Notes: a model not told the origin generated them from the sequence alone. Positions 8,013 to 17,512 are shown, counted from the stretch's first letter. The stretch is 64,000 bases of DNA from Chloroflexota bacterium (GCA_031404235.1 JANNHF010000143.1:23999-87998); one strand, 5' to 3'. Numbers and translations are program-made.

Positions 8013-10655
8013 ATGATCGATCCGAACAAGCTCACCGAGAAATCGCAGGAAGCCATTGTCGGCGCGCAGCAGCGCGCGCGAGACAACGGGCATAGCCAGA
8101 TCGATGTCGAGCACCTCGCCGCGGCGCTCATCGAGCAGCCAGGCGGGATCGTTCCGAGCGTGCTCACCGCCCTGGGCGTGCAGCCGGCGCAGGTGAGCAG
8201 TGCGCTGACCACCGAGCTCGAGCGCCAGCCGCACGTCTCCGGCAACGTTCAGGTCGGAGCGTCGCCGCGCCTGGGTCGCGTGTTGCAGCACGCGCAGAAG
8301 GAGGCTGAAGCCCTTGGCGACGAGTACGTCTCCACCGAACACCTCCTGCTGGCGATGACCGGTGACAACGGCTACACGGGGCAGGCACTGAAGCGCCTCG
8401 GCGTCACGCACGAGCGCGTGTTGAGCTCGCTGAAGGACATCCGGGGGAACCAGCGCGTCACCGACGCGAGCCCCGAGAACAAGTACCAGGTCCTCGAGAA
8501 GTACGGGCGTGACCTCACCGAGCTGGCTCGCAAGAACAAGATCGACCCGGTCATCGGCCGGGACGAAGAGATACGCCGCGTCATCCAAGTCTTGTCACGG
8601 CGCACCAAGAACAATCCGGTGCTGATCGGCGAGCCCGGCGTCGGCAAGACGGCGATCGTGGAGGGCCTTGCTCAGCGGATCGTTCGCGGCGACGTGCCCG
8701 AGGGCCTGAAGGACAAGCGCGTGTTCGCGCTGGACATCGGCTCGCTCCTCGCCGGAGCGAAGTACCGCGGCGAGTTCGAGGAGCGACTCAAGGCCGTACT
8801 GAAGGAGGTCGCCACCAGCGATGGCCAGATCATCCTGTTCATCGACGAGCTGCACACCGTCGTCGGGGCCGGCGCCGCCGAAGGCGCTGTCGACGCCGCG
8901 AACATGCTGAAGCCGATGCTCGCGCGCGGAGAGCTGCATGCGATCGGTGCCACGACGCTCGACGAGTACCGCAAGCACATCGAGAAGGACGCCGCGCTCG
9001 AGCGCCGCTTTCAGCCGGTCTACGTAGGGGAGCCCTCGGTCGAAGACACGATCTCGATCCTCCGTGGGCTGCGCGAGCGGTACGAGATCCATCACGGTGT
9101 CCGCATCCAGGACTCCGCCCTGGTCGCCGCCGCCACGCTTTCCGCGCGCTACATCCAGGACCGGTTCTTGCCGGACAAGGCGATCGACCTCGTCGATGAG
9201 GCCGGCTCGAAGCTACGCATGGAGATCGACTCGATGCCGGCGGAGCTCGACGAGGTCGAGCGGACCATCCGCCGCCTCGAGATCGAGCGCGAAGCGCTCA
9301 AGAAGGAGACGGATCCCGCGAGCAAGGAGCGCCTCCAGAAGCTCGAGCGGGAGCTCGCGCAGGTGAAGGAGGACAGCGCCGGTCTGCGCGCGCGTTGGCA
9401 GCAGGAGAAAGCCGCGATCCAGGAGATCAGGACGCTGCGCGAACGCATCGAGGCCGTCAAGGCTGACATCGAGAGCGCGGAGCGCACCGGCGATTACGCG
9501 AAGGCTGCCGAGCTCAAGTACGGCACCGCGGCGAACATCGAGCGCGATATCGCTCAAGCCGAGAGGAAGCTCGCGGACGTGCAGAAGACCGGGAAGATGC
9601 TCACCGAAGAGGTCACGCCGGAAGACATTGCCGATGTGGTGGGCAAGTGGACCGGCATCCCGGTCTCCAAGCTGCTCGAGGGCGAGGTCTCGAAGCTCCT
9701 GAAAATGGAGCAGCAGCTGCACTCGCGCGTCGTCGGCCAGGACGAGGCGGTCACCGCCGTCGCGAACGCGGTCCGCCGCGCACGCGCTGGCATGCAGGAC
9801 CCGAACCGTCCGCTCGGATCATTCCTCTTCCTCGGGCCGACCGGCGTGGGCAAGACGCTGCTCGCGAAGGCGCTCGCGGAGTTCCTCTTCGACGATGACA
9901 AGGCGATGGTCCGCCTCGATATGACCGAGTACATGGAGAAGCACACGGTCTCGCGGCTCATCGGCGCGCCGCCGGGCTACGTCGGCTTCGAAGAAGGCGG
10001 CCAGCTCACCGAAGCTGTCCGCCGCCGCCCGTACGCCGTTCTGCTGCTCGACGAGATCGAAAAGGCGCATCCCGACGTGTTCAACGTCCTGCTGCAGATC
10101 CTGGATGACGGACGTCTCACGGACGGGCAGGGCCGCACGGTCAGCTTCAAGAACGTCGTGATCATCATGACCAGCAACGTCGGCTCGACATTCATCACCG
10201 AGCTCGCGGAACAGCCCGACCTCCTCCGCAAGCGTGTGATGGACGCCCTCCGCGGACAGTTCCGCCCCGAGTTCCTCAACCGCGTCGACGAGATCGTCAT
10301 CTTCAAGAATCTCGTGATCGATCAGATCAAGGAGATCGTCGAGAAGGAGACGCTGATGCTCGCGAAGCGCCTTGCGGAGCGGAAGATCGCCCTCGAGCTA
10401 AGCGAGAACGCGAAGGCCTTCATCGCGAAAGAGGGCTGGGACCCTGTCTACGGCGCGCGCCCGATCAAACGCACCATCCAGCGCCTCGTCCTCGACCCGC
10501 TCGCGCAGAAGATGCTTTCCGGCGAATACAAGGAGGGCGACACCGTCGTCGTGGATGTGGAGAAGGGTAGGGTCGTCTTCTGGTCGCAGCAGTACGCCGC
10601 CGAGAAGGCCGAACAGCGCGAGAAGGACCCCGTCGGCGCGGGGAAGATGAACTAG
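8013..10655 (+). CDS. clpB: ATP-dependent chaperone ClpB
   Basis: 880 aa; two AAA modules ([18 protein letters not shown]; [19 protein letters not shown]), coiled-coil middle domain, N-terminal Clp repeats. Confidence 0.95.
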   Translation: MIDPNKLTEKSQEAIVGAQQRARDNGHSQIDVEHLAAALIEQPGGIVPSVLTALGVQPAQVSSALTTELERQPHVSGNVQVGASPRLGRVLQHAQKEAEALGDEYVSTEHLLLAMTGDNGYTGQALKRLGVTHERVLSSLKDIRGNQRVTDASPENKYQVLEKYGRDLTELARKNKIDPVIGRDEEIRRVIQVLSRRTKNNPVLIGEPGVGKTAIVEGLAQRIVRGDVPEGLKDKRVFALDIGSLLAGAKYRGEFEERLKAVLKEVATSDGQIILFIDELHTVVGAGAAEGAVDAANMLKPMLARGELHAIGATTLDEYRKHIEKDAALERRFQPVYVGEPSVEDTISILRGLRERYEIHHGVRIQDSALVAAATLSARYIQDRFLPDKAIDLVDEAGSKLRMEIDSMPAELDEVERTIRRLEIEREALKKETDPASKERLQKLERELAQVKEDSAGLRARWQQEKAAIQEIRTLRERIEAVKADIESAERTGDYAKAAELKYGTAANIERDIAQAERKLADVQKTGKMLTEEVTPEDIADVVGKWTGIPVSKLLEGEVSKLLKMEQQLHSRVVGQDEAVTAVANAVRRARAGMQDPNRPLGSFLFLGPTGVGKTLLAKALAEFLFDDDKAMVRLDMTEYMEKHTVSRLIGAPPGYVGFEEGGQLTEAVRRRPYAVLLLDEIEKAHPDVFNVLLQILDDGRLTDGQGRTVSFKNVVIIMTSNVGSTFITELAEQPDLLRKRVMDALRGQFRPEFLNRVDEIVIFKNLVIDQIKEIVEKETLMLAKRLAERKIALELSENAKAFIAKEGWDPVYGARPIKRTIQRLVLDPLAQKMLSGEYKEGDTVVVDVEKGRVVFWSQQYAAEKAEQREKDPVGAGKMN

Positions 10656-10691
10656 CACCGTTCGCGACGAGGGCCCGTTTAGCCTAGGAGA

Positions 10692-11792
10692 ATGAGGGTC
10701 CTCGTCGTGTTGTTCCTGGTCCTGTGCGCCGCGTGCGACGCCATACCGGGACGTGTCTACACGCTTACGGCCTCACCCACCACTGACCCTCTCGCCGTGA
10801 GCGTCGCGCCGGCGCCAAGCGCGACACCCACCGCCTCAGTCGCTCCAACTGCCACGGCTCGACCAACACCCACACCGACGCCGTCGCCGAAACCCATCGC
10901 CGAGATGCTCACGCAGATCGACCCCGCGAAGCTCGACGACCACCTGCGCGCCCTGACGTCATTCGTGTCGCGTCATCCGCTCCACCCCGGCCATGCGAAG
11001 GCCGTCGCATACCTGATGGAGCAGCTCTCCGCGATCCCGGGCGTGGTGGTCCAGGACGTCCCGACGTCGTACAACGGCGTCCGCCTCGACAACATCTTCG
11101 CGACGATCAACCCGCTCGCAGGCAGCGGGGCGGAGGGCTTCCTCGGCGGCGCGGGCATGATCAGCGCCCACTTCGACTCGACTGCGAACCGCACGCCGGG
11201 GTGGCGCCCCGCGCTGGATCCCGCCCCCGGCGCCGACGACAACGCGACCGGCACCGCGGCGCTGCTCGAGTACGCGCGGATCCTGGCCGCGGACCGCGCG
11301 TCGCTGCGCATGCCCATCGTCCTCGCGTTCTTCGACGGTGAGGAGTATTTCTTCAAGGGCAGCCTCGCGTATCTGCAGTCGCTCCCGCCGCCGAATCCGT
11401 ACCGTTGGGTGATCAACATCGACATGGTCGGATTCAATCCGCTCGCAGACCGGCTCGACCTCGTGTACTACACGCCGAACTCCGCGTCGCTGCGGGACCG
11501 TGTGAGGGACGCGAACCAGCGCTATGCGATCGGCGTCTCGCCGCTGGTCGAGCAGCTCGCGACCAGCGACGCCTTCATCCTCGACGCAGCGCCGTTCGGT
11601 CTCATCGGCGGCGTACCGTCGGTCGCGCTCGTTCAGCGCTACGGCGAGATCGACCGCACGTTCCCCGGGAACTTCACCTTCCACACGGTGGATGACACGC
11701 CAGACAAGATCACGAACAAGCGGCTTTGGCTCAAGGCCGCGAAGCTGACGCTCGCGACGGCGCTCGAGCTCGCGCGCGGAGCCCAGCTCTGA
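10692..11792 (+). CDS. M28-family zinc aminopeptidase, lipoprotein
   Basis: Signal peptide + lipobox (LVLCAAC), Pro/Thr linker, then M28 motifs (SAHFDS..., GADDNATGTAALLEYARIL, FFDGEEYFFKGS). Confidence 0.8.
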   Translation: MRVLVVLFLVLCAACDAIPGRVYTLTASPTTDPLAVSVAPAPSATPTASVAPTATARPTPTPTPSPKPIAEMLTQIDPAKLDDHLRALTSFVSRHPLHPGHAKAVAYLMEQLSAIPGVVVQDVPTSYNGVRLDNIFATINPLAGSGAEGFLGGAGMISAHFDSTANRTPGWRPALDPAPGADDNATGTAALLEYARILAADRASLRMPIVLAFFDGEEYFFKGSLAYLQSLPPPNPYRWVINIDMVGFNPLADRLDLVYYTPNSASLRDRVRDANQRYAIGVSPLVEQLATSDAFILDAAPFGLIGGVPSVALVQRYGEIDRTFPGNFTFHTVDDTPDKITNKRLWLKAAKLTLATALELARGAQL

Positions 11793-12109
11793 CCCGACGG
11801 ATCAGCCGCCGCGCCCAGCTCGCGATATTCGCGGGGCTCGCGGCGATCTTCGTGATCGCCTTTCTCTACCTGCGGCCGCCCGATGGCACGCTCAGCGACA
11901 CGGAGTACGTCGCTATGGCGAAGAGCACGGCGCAGGGACAGCTCTACTTCAAGAAGTACGACGCGCCGTGTCAGGTCATCCGTGTGTGGACGGTCCAGGT
12001 GAACTGCGACATCGTTCCGGCGGGCGCGCGTTCGACGGAGAAGTTCCGCGTCCACATCGATCCGCGCACGAACAAGGTCATCGAGGTCGAGGCGCAGTTC
12101 ACGCCCTGA
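11726..12109 (+). CDS. hypothetical protein with one N-terminal TM anchor; start uncertain
   Basis: ORF overlaps peptidase 3' end by 67 nt; convincing part begins around LTRRISRRAQLAIFAGLAAIFVIAFLYL (TM) then soluble ~80 aa. No family recognised. Confidence 0.35.
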   Translation: MAQGREADARDGARARARSPALTRRISRRAQLAIFAGLAAIFVIAFLYLRPPDGTLSDTEYVAMAKSTAQGQLYFKKYDAPCQVIRVWTVQVNCDIVPAGARSTEKFRVHIDPRTNKVIEVEAQFTP

Positions 12110-12620
12110 TGCTCTCGGCGCAGTAGATGCGTCCGAGGAAGCGACTCGGGACGCTCGCGAGCTTCCGGGTGCCGCTGAAGCCGTTCGCGTCGGCGAGCGA
12201 CCGCCAGGTCTCGAACGACAGCGGGTGGGGGACCCAGTGGTTCCCCTTGTCGGCGTCGTACTCGACGAGCAGCAGCCGTGCCGATGGCCTCAGCATGTGG
12301 TGGACGAGCGTGAGCACCTGAGCCTTGTCCTTCACGAAGTGGAGCGAGTTCGCCATCACGATGCCGTCGAGTGAGGCGAGCTCCATCGGCTTCGTGAAGT
12401 CCGCAGTGAGGGTCTGGACCGTGGCGCCGCCCGGATGAAGAGCGCGCTCGAGCTCACGCAGTGCGGCGCGGTCGCGATCGACCGCGATCACTTCGCCTTC
12501 CGTGCCGATGAGCTCCGCGAGAGCGAGCGTGAAAGCTCCGGTCCCGGCGCCGAGGTCGGCCCAAGCACCGCCCGGAGTCACGCCGCCCTTCAGGAGGCGA
12601 ACGTGGTCCGCGTGATCCAC
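12099..12620 (-). CDS. class I SAM-dependent methyltransferase
   Basis: ADLGAGTGAFTLALAELIG (motif I) ... VDRDRAAL ... DGIVMANSLHF. GTG start chosen at 12620 because it forms a TAGTG overlap with the dtd stop; the track start at 12653 would overlap dtd by 34 nt. Confidence 0.65.
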   Translation of the reverse strand: MDHADHVRLLKGGVTPGGAWADLGAGTGAFTLALAELIGTEGEVIAVDRDRAALRELERALHPGGATVQTLTADFTKPMELASLDGIVMANSLHFVKDKAQVLTLVHHMLRPSARLLLVEYDADKGNHWVPHPLSFETWRSLADANGFSGTRKLASVPSRFLGRIYCAESIRA

Positions 12621-13093
12621 TAGGTCTTGCGCCCGAGGTCTGCCTGCGCCCAACCGTCGGTCGACAGCAGCAGCGTGACCGGCCCGTCGGCCTCGAGCAC
12701 GATCCGCATGTCGGCGCCGAACCTTCCCTGCGCGACGTCGGTGCCCGCGCCCCGCAGCACGCCGCAGAAGCCTTCGAAGAGCCTCCGGCCGACCTCGGGC
12801 GGCGCCGCGGCGCTGAAGTCAGGACGCCGCCCATGGCGCACGTCGCCGTACAGGGTGAACTGGGGGATGACGAGCACGCTCCCGCCCGCGTCCTTCAGGG
12901 TGCGATCCAGGCGGCCGCGAACGTCGTCGAAGATGCGAAGGGAGAGGAGCTTGGCGGCGATCCGTTCGCCGTCCTCGGGGCGGTCGTCTCCCGCGACACC
13001 GAGCAGCACCGCGAGGCCCGGGCCGATCGTGGCGATGGTCTCATCCGCGACGTGGACGGAGACGGAGCGCACCCGCTGAACGACCGCGCGCAC
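12620..13093 (-). CDS. dtd: D-aminoacyl-tRNA deacylase
   Basis: MRAVVQRVRSVSVHV...GPGLAVLLGVAGDD...VIPQFTLYGD...GRRPDFSAAAPPE: canonical Dtd sequence features including SQFTL-like motif. Confidence 0.85.
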   Translation of the reverse strand: MRAVVQRVRSVSVHVADETIATIGPGLAVLLGVAGDDRPEDGERIAAKLLSLRIFDDVRGRLDRTLKDAGGSVLVIPQFTLYGDVRHGRRPDFSAAAPPEVGRRLFEGFCGVLRGAGTDVAQGRFGADMRIVLEADGPVTLLLSTDGWAQADLGRKT

Positions 13094-13110
13094 CTCTCGC
13101 GAGCCTGTCT

Positions 13111-13383
13111 CTAGTCCAGCATCCAGGGGTTGTCCCCGCGAACGACGGACTCGACCTCGCTCGCGGAAAGATGCCCGGGCGCGAACACCGTCATGCTCTT
13201 TTCCAGCGGCAGCCGCGTGACATACGTGACCTTGCCGAAGCGGTAGCCGTGCTGGAACAGGAACGGCTTTCCCTCGATGTCGAGGCGTTGGCGGCGATCG
13301 GTGGATGTAGCGGGCACGTCGCCAGTATGGAGAACGGCCCGCCGGTCCGCCGCTGGCGCTACTCGGACAGCGGCCAGAACCAC
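13111..13383 (-). CDS. hypothetical small protein (start uncertain, probably shorter than the ORF)
   Basis: Only the C-terminal ~55 aa (LDIEGKPFLFQHGYRFGKVTYVTRLPLEKSMTVFAPGHLSASEVESVVRGDNPWMLD) look protein-like. Upstream codons overlap the small secreted peptide gene. Confidence 0.3.
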   Translation of the reverse strand: MVLAAVRVAPAADRRAVLHTGDVPATSTDRRQRLDIEGKPFLFQHGYRFGKVTYVTRLPLEKSMTVFAPGHLSASEVESVVRGDNPWMLD

Positions 13384-13538
13384 GGCAGGATCGGCGCGAT
13401 GTTGGGGAGCCCGGGGTCGTACGGCACGCTGTCGGCCCCGGCGCCGCCAGCGTTCGCAGACGCCACGTCCGCGGTCATTACGACGAGCAACGCGGCGAGA
13501 ACGGCCGCGCGCAGGAGTCGCGTGCGAAGTGGTTTCAC
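13359..13538 (-). CDS. unannotated 59-aa secreted pro-peptide (Sec signal peptide + 31-aa Trp/Pro-rich tail)
   Basis: GTG at 13538..13536 preceded by aGGGGAGAcagag (SD, 6-nt spacer). Translation MKPLRTRLLRAAVLAALLVVMTADVASA|NAGGAGADSVPYDPGLPNIAPILPWFWPLSE then TAG at 13361..13359. n/h/c regions and AxA site of a type I signal peptide; GC3 ~85 %. Not in the ORF track because it is short with a GTG start. Confidence 0.45.
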   Translation of the reverse strand: MKPLRTRLLRAAVLAALLVVMTADVASANAGGAGADSVPYDPGLPNIAPILPWFWPLSE

Positions 13539-13686
13539 CTCTGTCTCCCCTCGTTCCCCTCCCCCGTTCGGCGGATGCGCCGCCTGCGGGGGGTTGGCTA
13601 TCGTCGGGCGAGTCTACGAACGCTGAACTTGGCGGCGCAAGGTGAAACAGTCCGCCTGGCTGTCAGTTCGGTGACATTGGAGCGAT

Positions 13687-14997
13687 GTGACGACTACCGA
13701 CACGCTGGCGAAACCGAACGGAGCGAATGGACTCGGGGCCCGCGTGCGTGAAGCGCGACGCGAACGAGGCATGAGTCAGGCTCAGCTCGCGGGCGACGAA
13801 CTCACCAAGGGCTTCATCAGTCAGGTCGAGTCCGGCCTCGTCCGCCCCTCCGTCCGTTCCCTTCAGATCCTCGCGGCGCGCCTTAGCAAGAGTCTCGACT
13901 ACTTCCTCGGCGACGAACCGCTTGCGACGTCGAAGCGGCTCGTTTTCCACCGTTTGGCCGCGGAGGCCGCGGCGGAGCGGCGGGATTGGACCGTCGTTCG
14001 CGACGAGGTGACGGCGGCACTTGCCGCCAAGCCCGAGAAACGCGAGCGCGCGGCGCTGCTGCGCTTCCTGGCGCAGGCGGAGATGAACACCGGTAATCGT
14101 GAGGTTGCCTTCGACCGTATCGGCGAGGCGCTGTCCCTGATCGACGCGGCCACCGACGCGGGCGAGGTCGCCCACCTTCTGCACCTGCGCGGCATCGCCT
14201 ACGGCCAGATCGGCCAGTACGTGGCCGCGGCCGAGGCGCTGGAATCGGCGCGGGATGCCATGGAGCGCCACGAGGTCAGCGACCCGCGTCTGCGCGCACG
14301 CATCCTCGTCGCGCTGGGGACGGCATACCGCCGTTTGAACCGCTCTGCCAAGGCCATGCAGACATACGTCTCGGCCCTGGATCTCGCGAGCGGGATCGAC
14401 GAGCTGCGCCTTGCGGCGCAGGGCTACATGGGCGTTGCGGTGTCGCTCTACGACGCTGGCGAGCTGGACGGCGCGATCGCGAACTATCGCCGTGCGCTCG
14501 ATCTCTTCACGCGCGTCGAGGACACGACGTTCCAACTGCAGGTGCTCCACTCGCTGTCGTCGATCCACTTCGAGATGGGCAAGACCGACGAGGCGCGCGA
14601 GCTGGCCCAGCGTGGTGCGGCCACGGCACGCATGGTCCACGACGAGGGCATGGTCGTCGTCGCGGAGCTCGTGCTCGCGCGTATCGCGCTCACCAGCGGC
14701 GATGCCGAGCAGGCGCTGAACATCGCGCGGCACGCCGAGAAGATCCTCACCGATCAGCCCGTGCAGCGCGCCGACGCGCTGCGCGTCATCGGCGCCGCAC
14801 AGGACGCCCTCAAGTCGTTCACCGCGAGCGACCGCGCTTATCGGAAGGCCATCGAGCTTCTCGTGGAGGTCGGTGACCACCCGAACCTCTCGACGTTCGC
14901 CGCTGAGTACGCGATGAAGCTTCGCGCGCGCGGCGAGACCGATCAGGCGTTCCGCTACCTCGAGCTCGCGCGAACACCGGTGACAAACCGGACCTAG
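13687..14997 (+). CDS. XRE-family HTH + TPR-repeat transcriptional regulator (RRNPP/Rgg-like architecture)
   Basis: GTG start with GGAG 5 nt upstream; N-terminus LGARVREARRERGMSQAQLAG...ISQVESGLVRPSVRSLQILAARLSKSLDYF is a Cro/C1-type HTH. The remaining ~360 aa are helical repeats with TPR-like periodicity (ALGTAYRRLNRSAKAMQTYVSALDL...). Confidence 0.8.
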   Translation: MTTTDTLAKPNGANGLGARVREARRERGMSQAQLAGDELTKGFISQVESGLVRPSVRSLQILAARLSKSLDYFLGDEPLATSKRLVFHRLAAEAAAERRDWTVVRDEVTAALAAKPEKRERAALLRFLAQAEMNTGNREVAFDRIGEALSLIDAATDAGEVAHLLHLRGIAYGQIGQYVAAAEALESARDAMERHEVSDPRLRARILVALGTAYRRLNRSAKAMQTYVSALDLASGIDELRLAAQGYMGVAVSLYDAGELDGAIANYRRALDLFTRVEDTTFQLQVLHSLSSIHFEMGKTDEARELAQRGAATARMVHDEGMVVVAELVLARIALTSGDAEQALNIARHAEKILTDQPVQRADALRVIGAAQDALKSFTASDRAYRKAIELLVEVGDHPNLSTFAAEYAMKLRARGETDQAFRYLELARTPVTNRT

Positions 14998-15032
14998 CGC
15001 GAGCTCCTCCCGCCCTCGCGTACCATCGCCTC

Positions 15033-16784
15033 GTGCCCCGCGATGCCGTCACGTACGACAACGAAGGCGTCGCCGCGGTCCTTGATGAGATCGGCGATCT
15101 CCTTGAGCTGAAGGGCGAGAACGTCTTCCGCGCCGTCACGTATCGCGCGGTCGCGCGCGCCATCCGAGATCTGCGCGAGCCCATCGCGACGCTGGTCGAG
15201 CAGGATCGCCTCGCCGAGATCCCCAAGGTGGGTCCGTCGGTGCGCGACGCGATCACGCAGCTCGTGAGCACGGGCACTTCGCTGCGCCACGAGGAGCTGA
15301 AGGCCGCGGTGCCGTCCGGACTCATCACGCTCCTGCGCGTGCCGGGCGTCGGGCCGGCGACGGCCCGGATCATCTACGACAACCTGAAGATCACGACCGT
15401 CGACGAGCTGGAGGAGGCGGCGAAAGCCCATCGCCTGCGTGAGCTCCCGAAGATCCAGGCGAAGACCGAGGAGAACATCCTGAGGTCGATCGCGTCGCTG
15501 AAACAGCGCACCGGCCGGAACCTCGTCCATCACGCGCGGGCCGCGGCGACGTCGATGGTGGACTGGCTGCGGCAGGAGACCGGGACCCGGGCGGTCGGGG
15601 TCGCGGGAAGTCTGCGTCGCTACCGGGAGACGATCGGCGACGTCGATCTCCTCGTCGCCTCCGTCGCGGCCGCACCGATCATGGACGCGTTCGTCCGGGC
15701 GCCTTCGGTCGAGCGCGTGCTGGCACACGGCGAGACGAAGACCTCGGTCATCGTCGCGCGTGGGCTGCAGATCGACCTCCGCGTCGTCCCGCCCGAGTCG
15801 TGGGGCGCCGCGCTCCTCTATTTCACGGGCTCGAAGGAGCACAACGTGCGGCTGCGTGGCCACGCGCTGAAGAAGAAGCTGCTGCTCAACGAATACGGCC
15901 TCTATCGGGTCGGCGCCGAGGCGCGCGGCCAGGAGATCGCGTCACGGACCGAGGAGGACATCTACGCCGCGCTCGGCATGGACTGGATCGCGCCGGAGCT
16001 ACGCGAGGACCACGGCGAGATCGACGCTGCGATCGCGCACGCCCTGCCGACGCTCGTGACGCTTCCAGAGATGCGCGGCGACCTCCATACCCACACGAAC
16101 TGGACCGACGGTCGCGACACGCTGGCCGACATGGCACGTCGCGCGCGCGACAAGGGCTACGCGTATTACGCCGTCACCGACCACTCGCCGGGTCTCGGTA
16201 TGACGAACGGCCTGGGCGCGGAGCGCATCACCGCACGCGTCGAGGAGGCGCGGCGGCTCAACCTGGAGCTCGCGCCGTTCAGGATCCTCGTCGGCACCGA
16301 AGTGGACATCCGCGCGAACGGAGCGCTCGACTACCCCGACGACATGCTGGCGCGCTTCGACATCGTCAGCGCGTCGGTGCACTCGGCGTTCGGCCAGACG
16401 CGCGAGATCATGACCGAGCGCGTGCTCACCGCGATGCGGCATCCCTTGGTCACCGCGATCTCACACCCGACAGGGAGGCTGCTCGAACGGCGCGATCCGC
16501 ATGCGCTCGACCTCCAGGCGCTCATCGACGCCGCCGCGGAGACGGGCACGTGGATCGAGATCAACGGCGGACCCGAACGGCTCGACTTGCCGGATACCTG
16601 GGTCCGTAAGGCCCTCGACAAGGGCGTCACGCTCGTCGCGAACTCCGACGCGCATTCGATCGAGGAGCTCGACTGGATGGAATACGCCGTCGCGAACGCG
16701 CGCCGTGGCTGGACGCCGCGCGGAGCGCTCGCGAACACTTCGGAGCTGGACGAGATGCTCACGAGGCGCAAGCGCCGCGGATGA
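15033..16784 (+). CDS. polX: family X DNA polymerase with C-terminal PHP domain (PolX)
   Basis: 583 aa; HhH and Pol-beta-like N-terminal half (GSLRRYRETIGDVDLLV), C-terminal PHP motifs (DLHTHTNWTDG, AVTDHSP, NSDAHS). Confidence 0.9.
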   Translation: MPRDAVTYDNEGVAAVLDEIGDLLELKGENVFRAVTYRAVARAIRDLREPIATLVEQDRLAEIPKVGPSVRDAITQLVSTGTSLRHEELKAAVPSGLITLLRVPGVGPATARIIYDNLKITTVDELEEAAKAHRLRELPKIQAKTEENILRSIASLKQRTGRNLVHHARAAATSMVDWLRQETGTRAVGVAGSLRRYRETIGDVDLLVASVAAAPIMDAFVRAPSVERVLAHGETKTSVIVARGLQIDLRVVPPESWGAALLYFTGSKEHNVRLRGHALKKKLLLNEYGLYRVGAEARGQEIASRTEEDIYAALGMDWIAPELREDHGEIDAAIAHALPTLVTLPEMRGDLHTHTNWTDGRDTLADMARRARDKGYAYYAVTDHSPGLGMTNGLGAERITARVEEARRLNLELAPFRILVGTEVDIRANGALDYPDDMLARFDIVSASVHSAFGQTREIMTERVLTAMRHPLVTAISHPTGRLLERRDPHALDLQALIDAAAETGTWIEINGGPERLDLPDTWVRKALDKGVTLVANSDAHSIEELDWMEYAVANARRGWTPRGALANTSELDEMLTRRKRRG

Positions 16785-17065
16785 CCAGGGCTCGCTTCGT
16801 GGTGCGCGGGCGCGTGCAGGGTGTGAACTTCCGCGCCGCGGCCATGCGCGAGGCGATGGCTCACGGACTGAACGGTTGCGTGTGGAATCGAGCGGATGAC
16901 GCAGTGGAGCTGATCGCGGAGGGCGACGCCCATGCTCTCGACGCGCTGGCGACGTGGCTCGCGCACGGACCGCGCCTCGCGAAGGTCGAACGCGTCGATC
17001 GGACGGATCTCGGTGGTGAGTCTCGCTACCCGGACTTCACGGTCGCGTACGCGGCGCCGGAATGA
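16781..17065 (+). CDS. acyP: acylphosphatase
   Basis: 94 aa, VRGRVQGVNFRAAAMREAMAHGLNGCVWNRADDAVELIAEG is the acylphosphatase signature; ATGA overlap with the polX stop. Confidence 0.85.
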   Translation: MTRARFVVRGRVQGVNFRAAAMREAMAHGLNGCVWNRADDAVELIAEGDAHALDALATWLAHGPRLAKVERVDRTDLGGESRYPDFTVAYAAPE

Positions 17066-17066
17066 G

Positions 17067-17465
17067 CTAGCCGCGGCGCCTCTTCTTGCGCTTCTCCGGC
17101 TGCGGGAAGTACCGCTGCCGGCGCTGCTCGCGCTCCCACGCCGCTTCCTGCGGCGGTAGCACGTACAGATACATCAGCCCGAGCGCCGCGATGTTGGCCG
17201 CCATCGTGACACCGATGACCCAGAACGGCAGCTTCGCGATGATCCAGACCAGGATCACGATCAGGAAGACGATGTTCGTCCACAACGCCCATTGCTTCAG
17301 TGCGTTCTCGGCCGGCGGCGTCGCGCCGCGGCGCCTCCAGTTGTACCAAACGATGTTCGCCACGAGCGAGACGGCGACCGCATAGACCGCGGGCCAATAG
17401 AACCGCGACTCGGTGTTGAAAGGCTGAAAAAAACGGTCAACGAAGTGACCGAGGTCGAACGGCAC
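17067..17465 (-). CDS. hypothetical membrane protein (3-4 TM helices, basic C-terminal tail)
   Basis: 132 aa, high GC3, helices such as WALWTNIVFLIVILVWIIAKLPFWVIGVTMAANIAALGLMYLYVL. Confidence 0.45.
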   Translation of the reverse strand: MPFDLGHFVDRFFQPFNTESRFYWPAVYAVAVSLVANIVWYNWRRRGATPPAENALKQWALWTNIVFLIVILVWIIAKLPFWVIGVTMAANIAALGLMYLYVLPPQEAAWEREQRRQRYFPQPEKRKKRRRG

Positions 17466-17512
17466 GGTCCGGCTATGCTAGCGACCGCAAGCGCGATTGA
17501 CAGGGAGACACC

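Noticed and set aside
17380-17512. Possible ZTP (pfl) riboswitch upstream of purH
   Set aside because: The purH leader is only ~47 nt. Conserved pfl blocks (GACUGGCG … CCGCCUGGGC) are not present, and the upstream DNA is occupied by a membrane-protein ORF.
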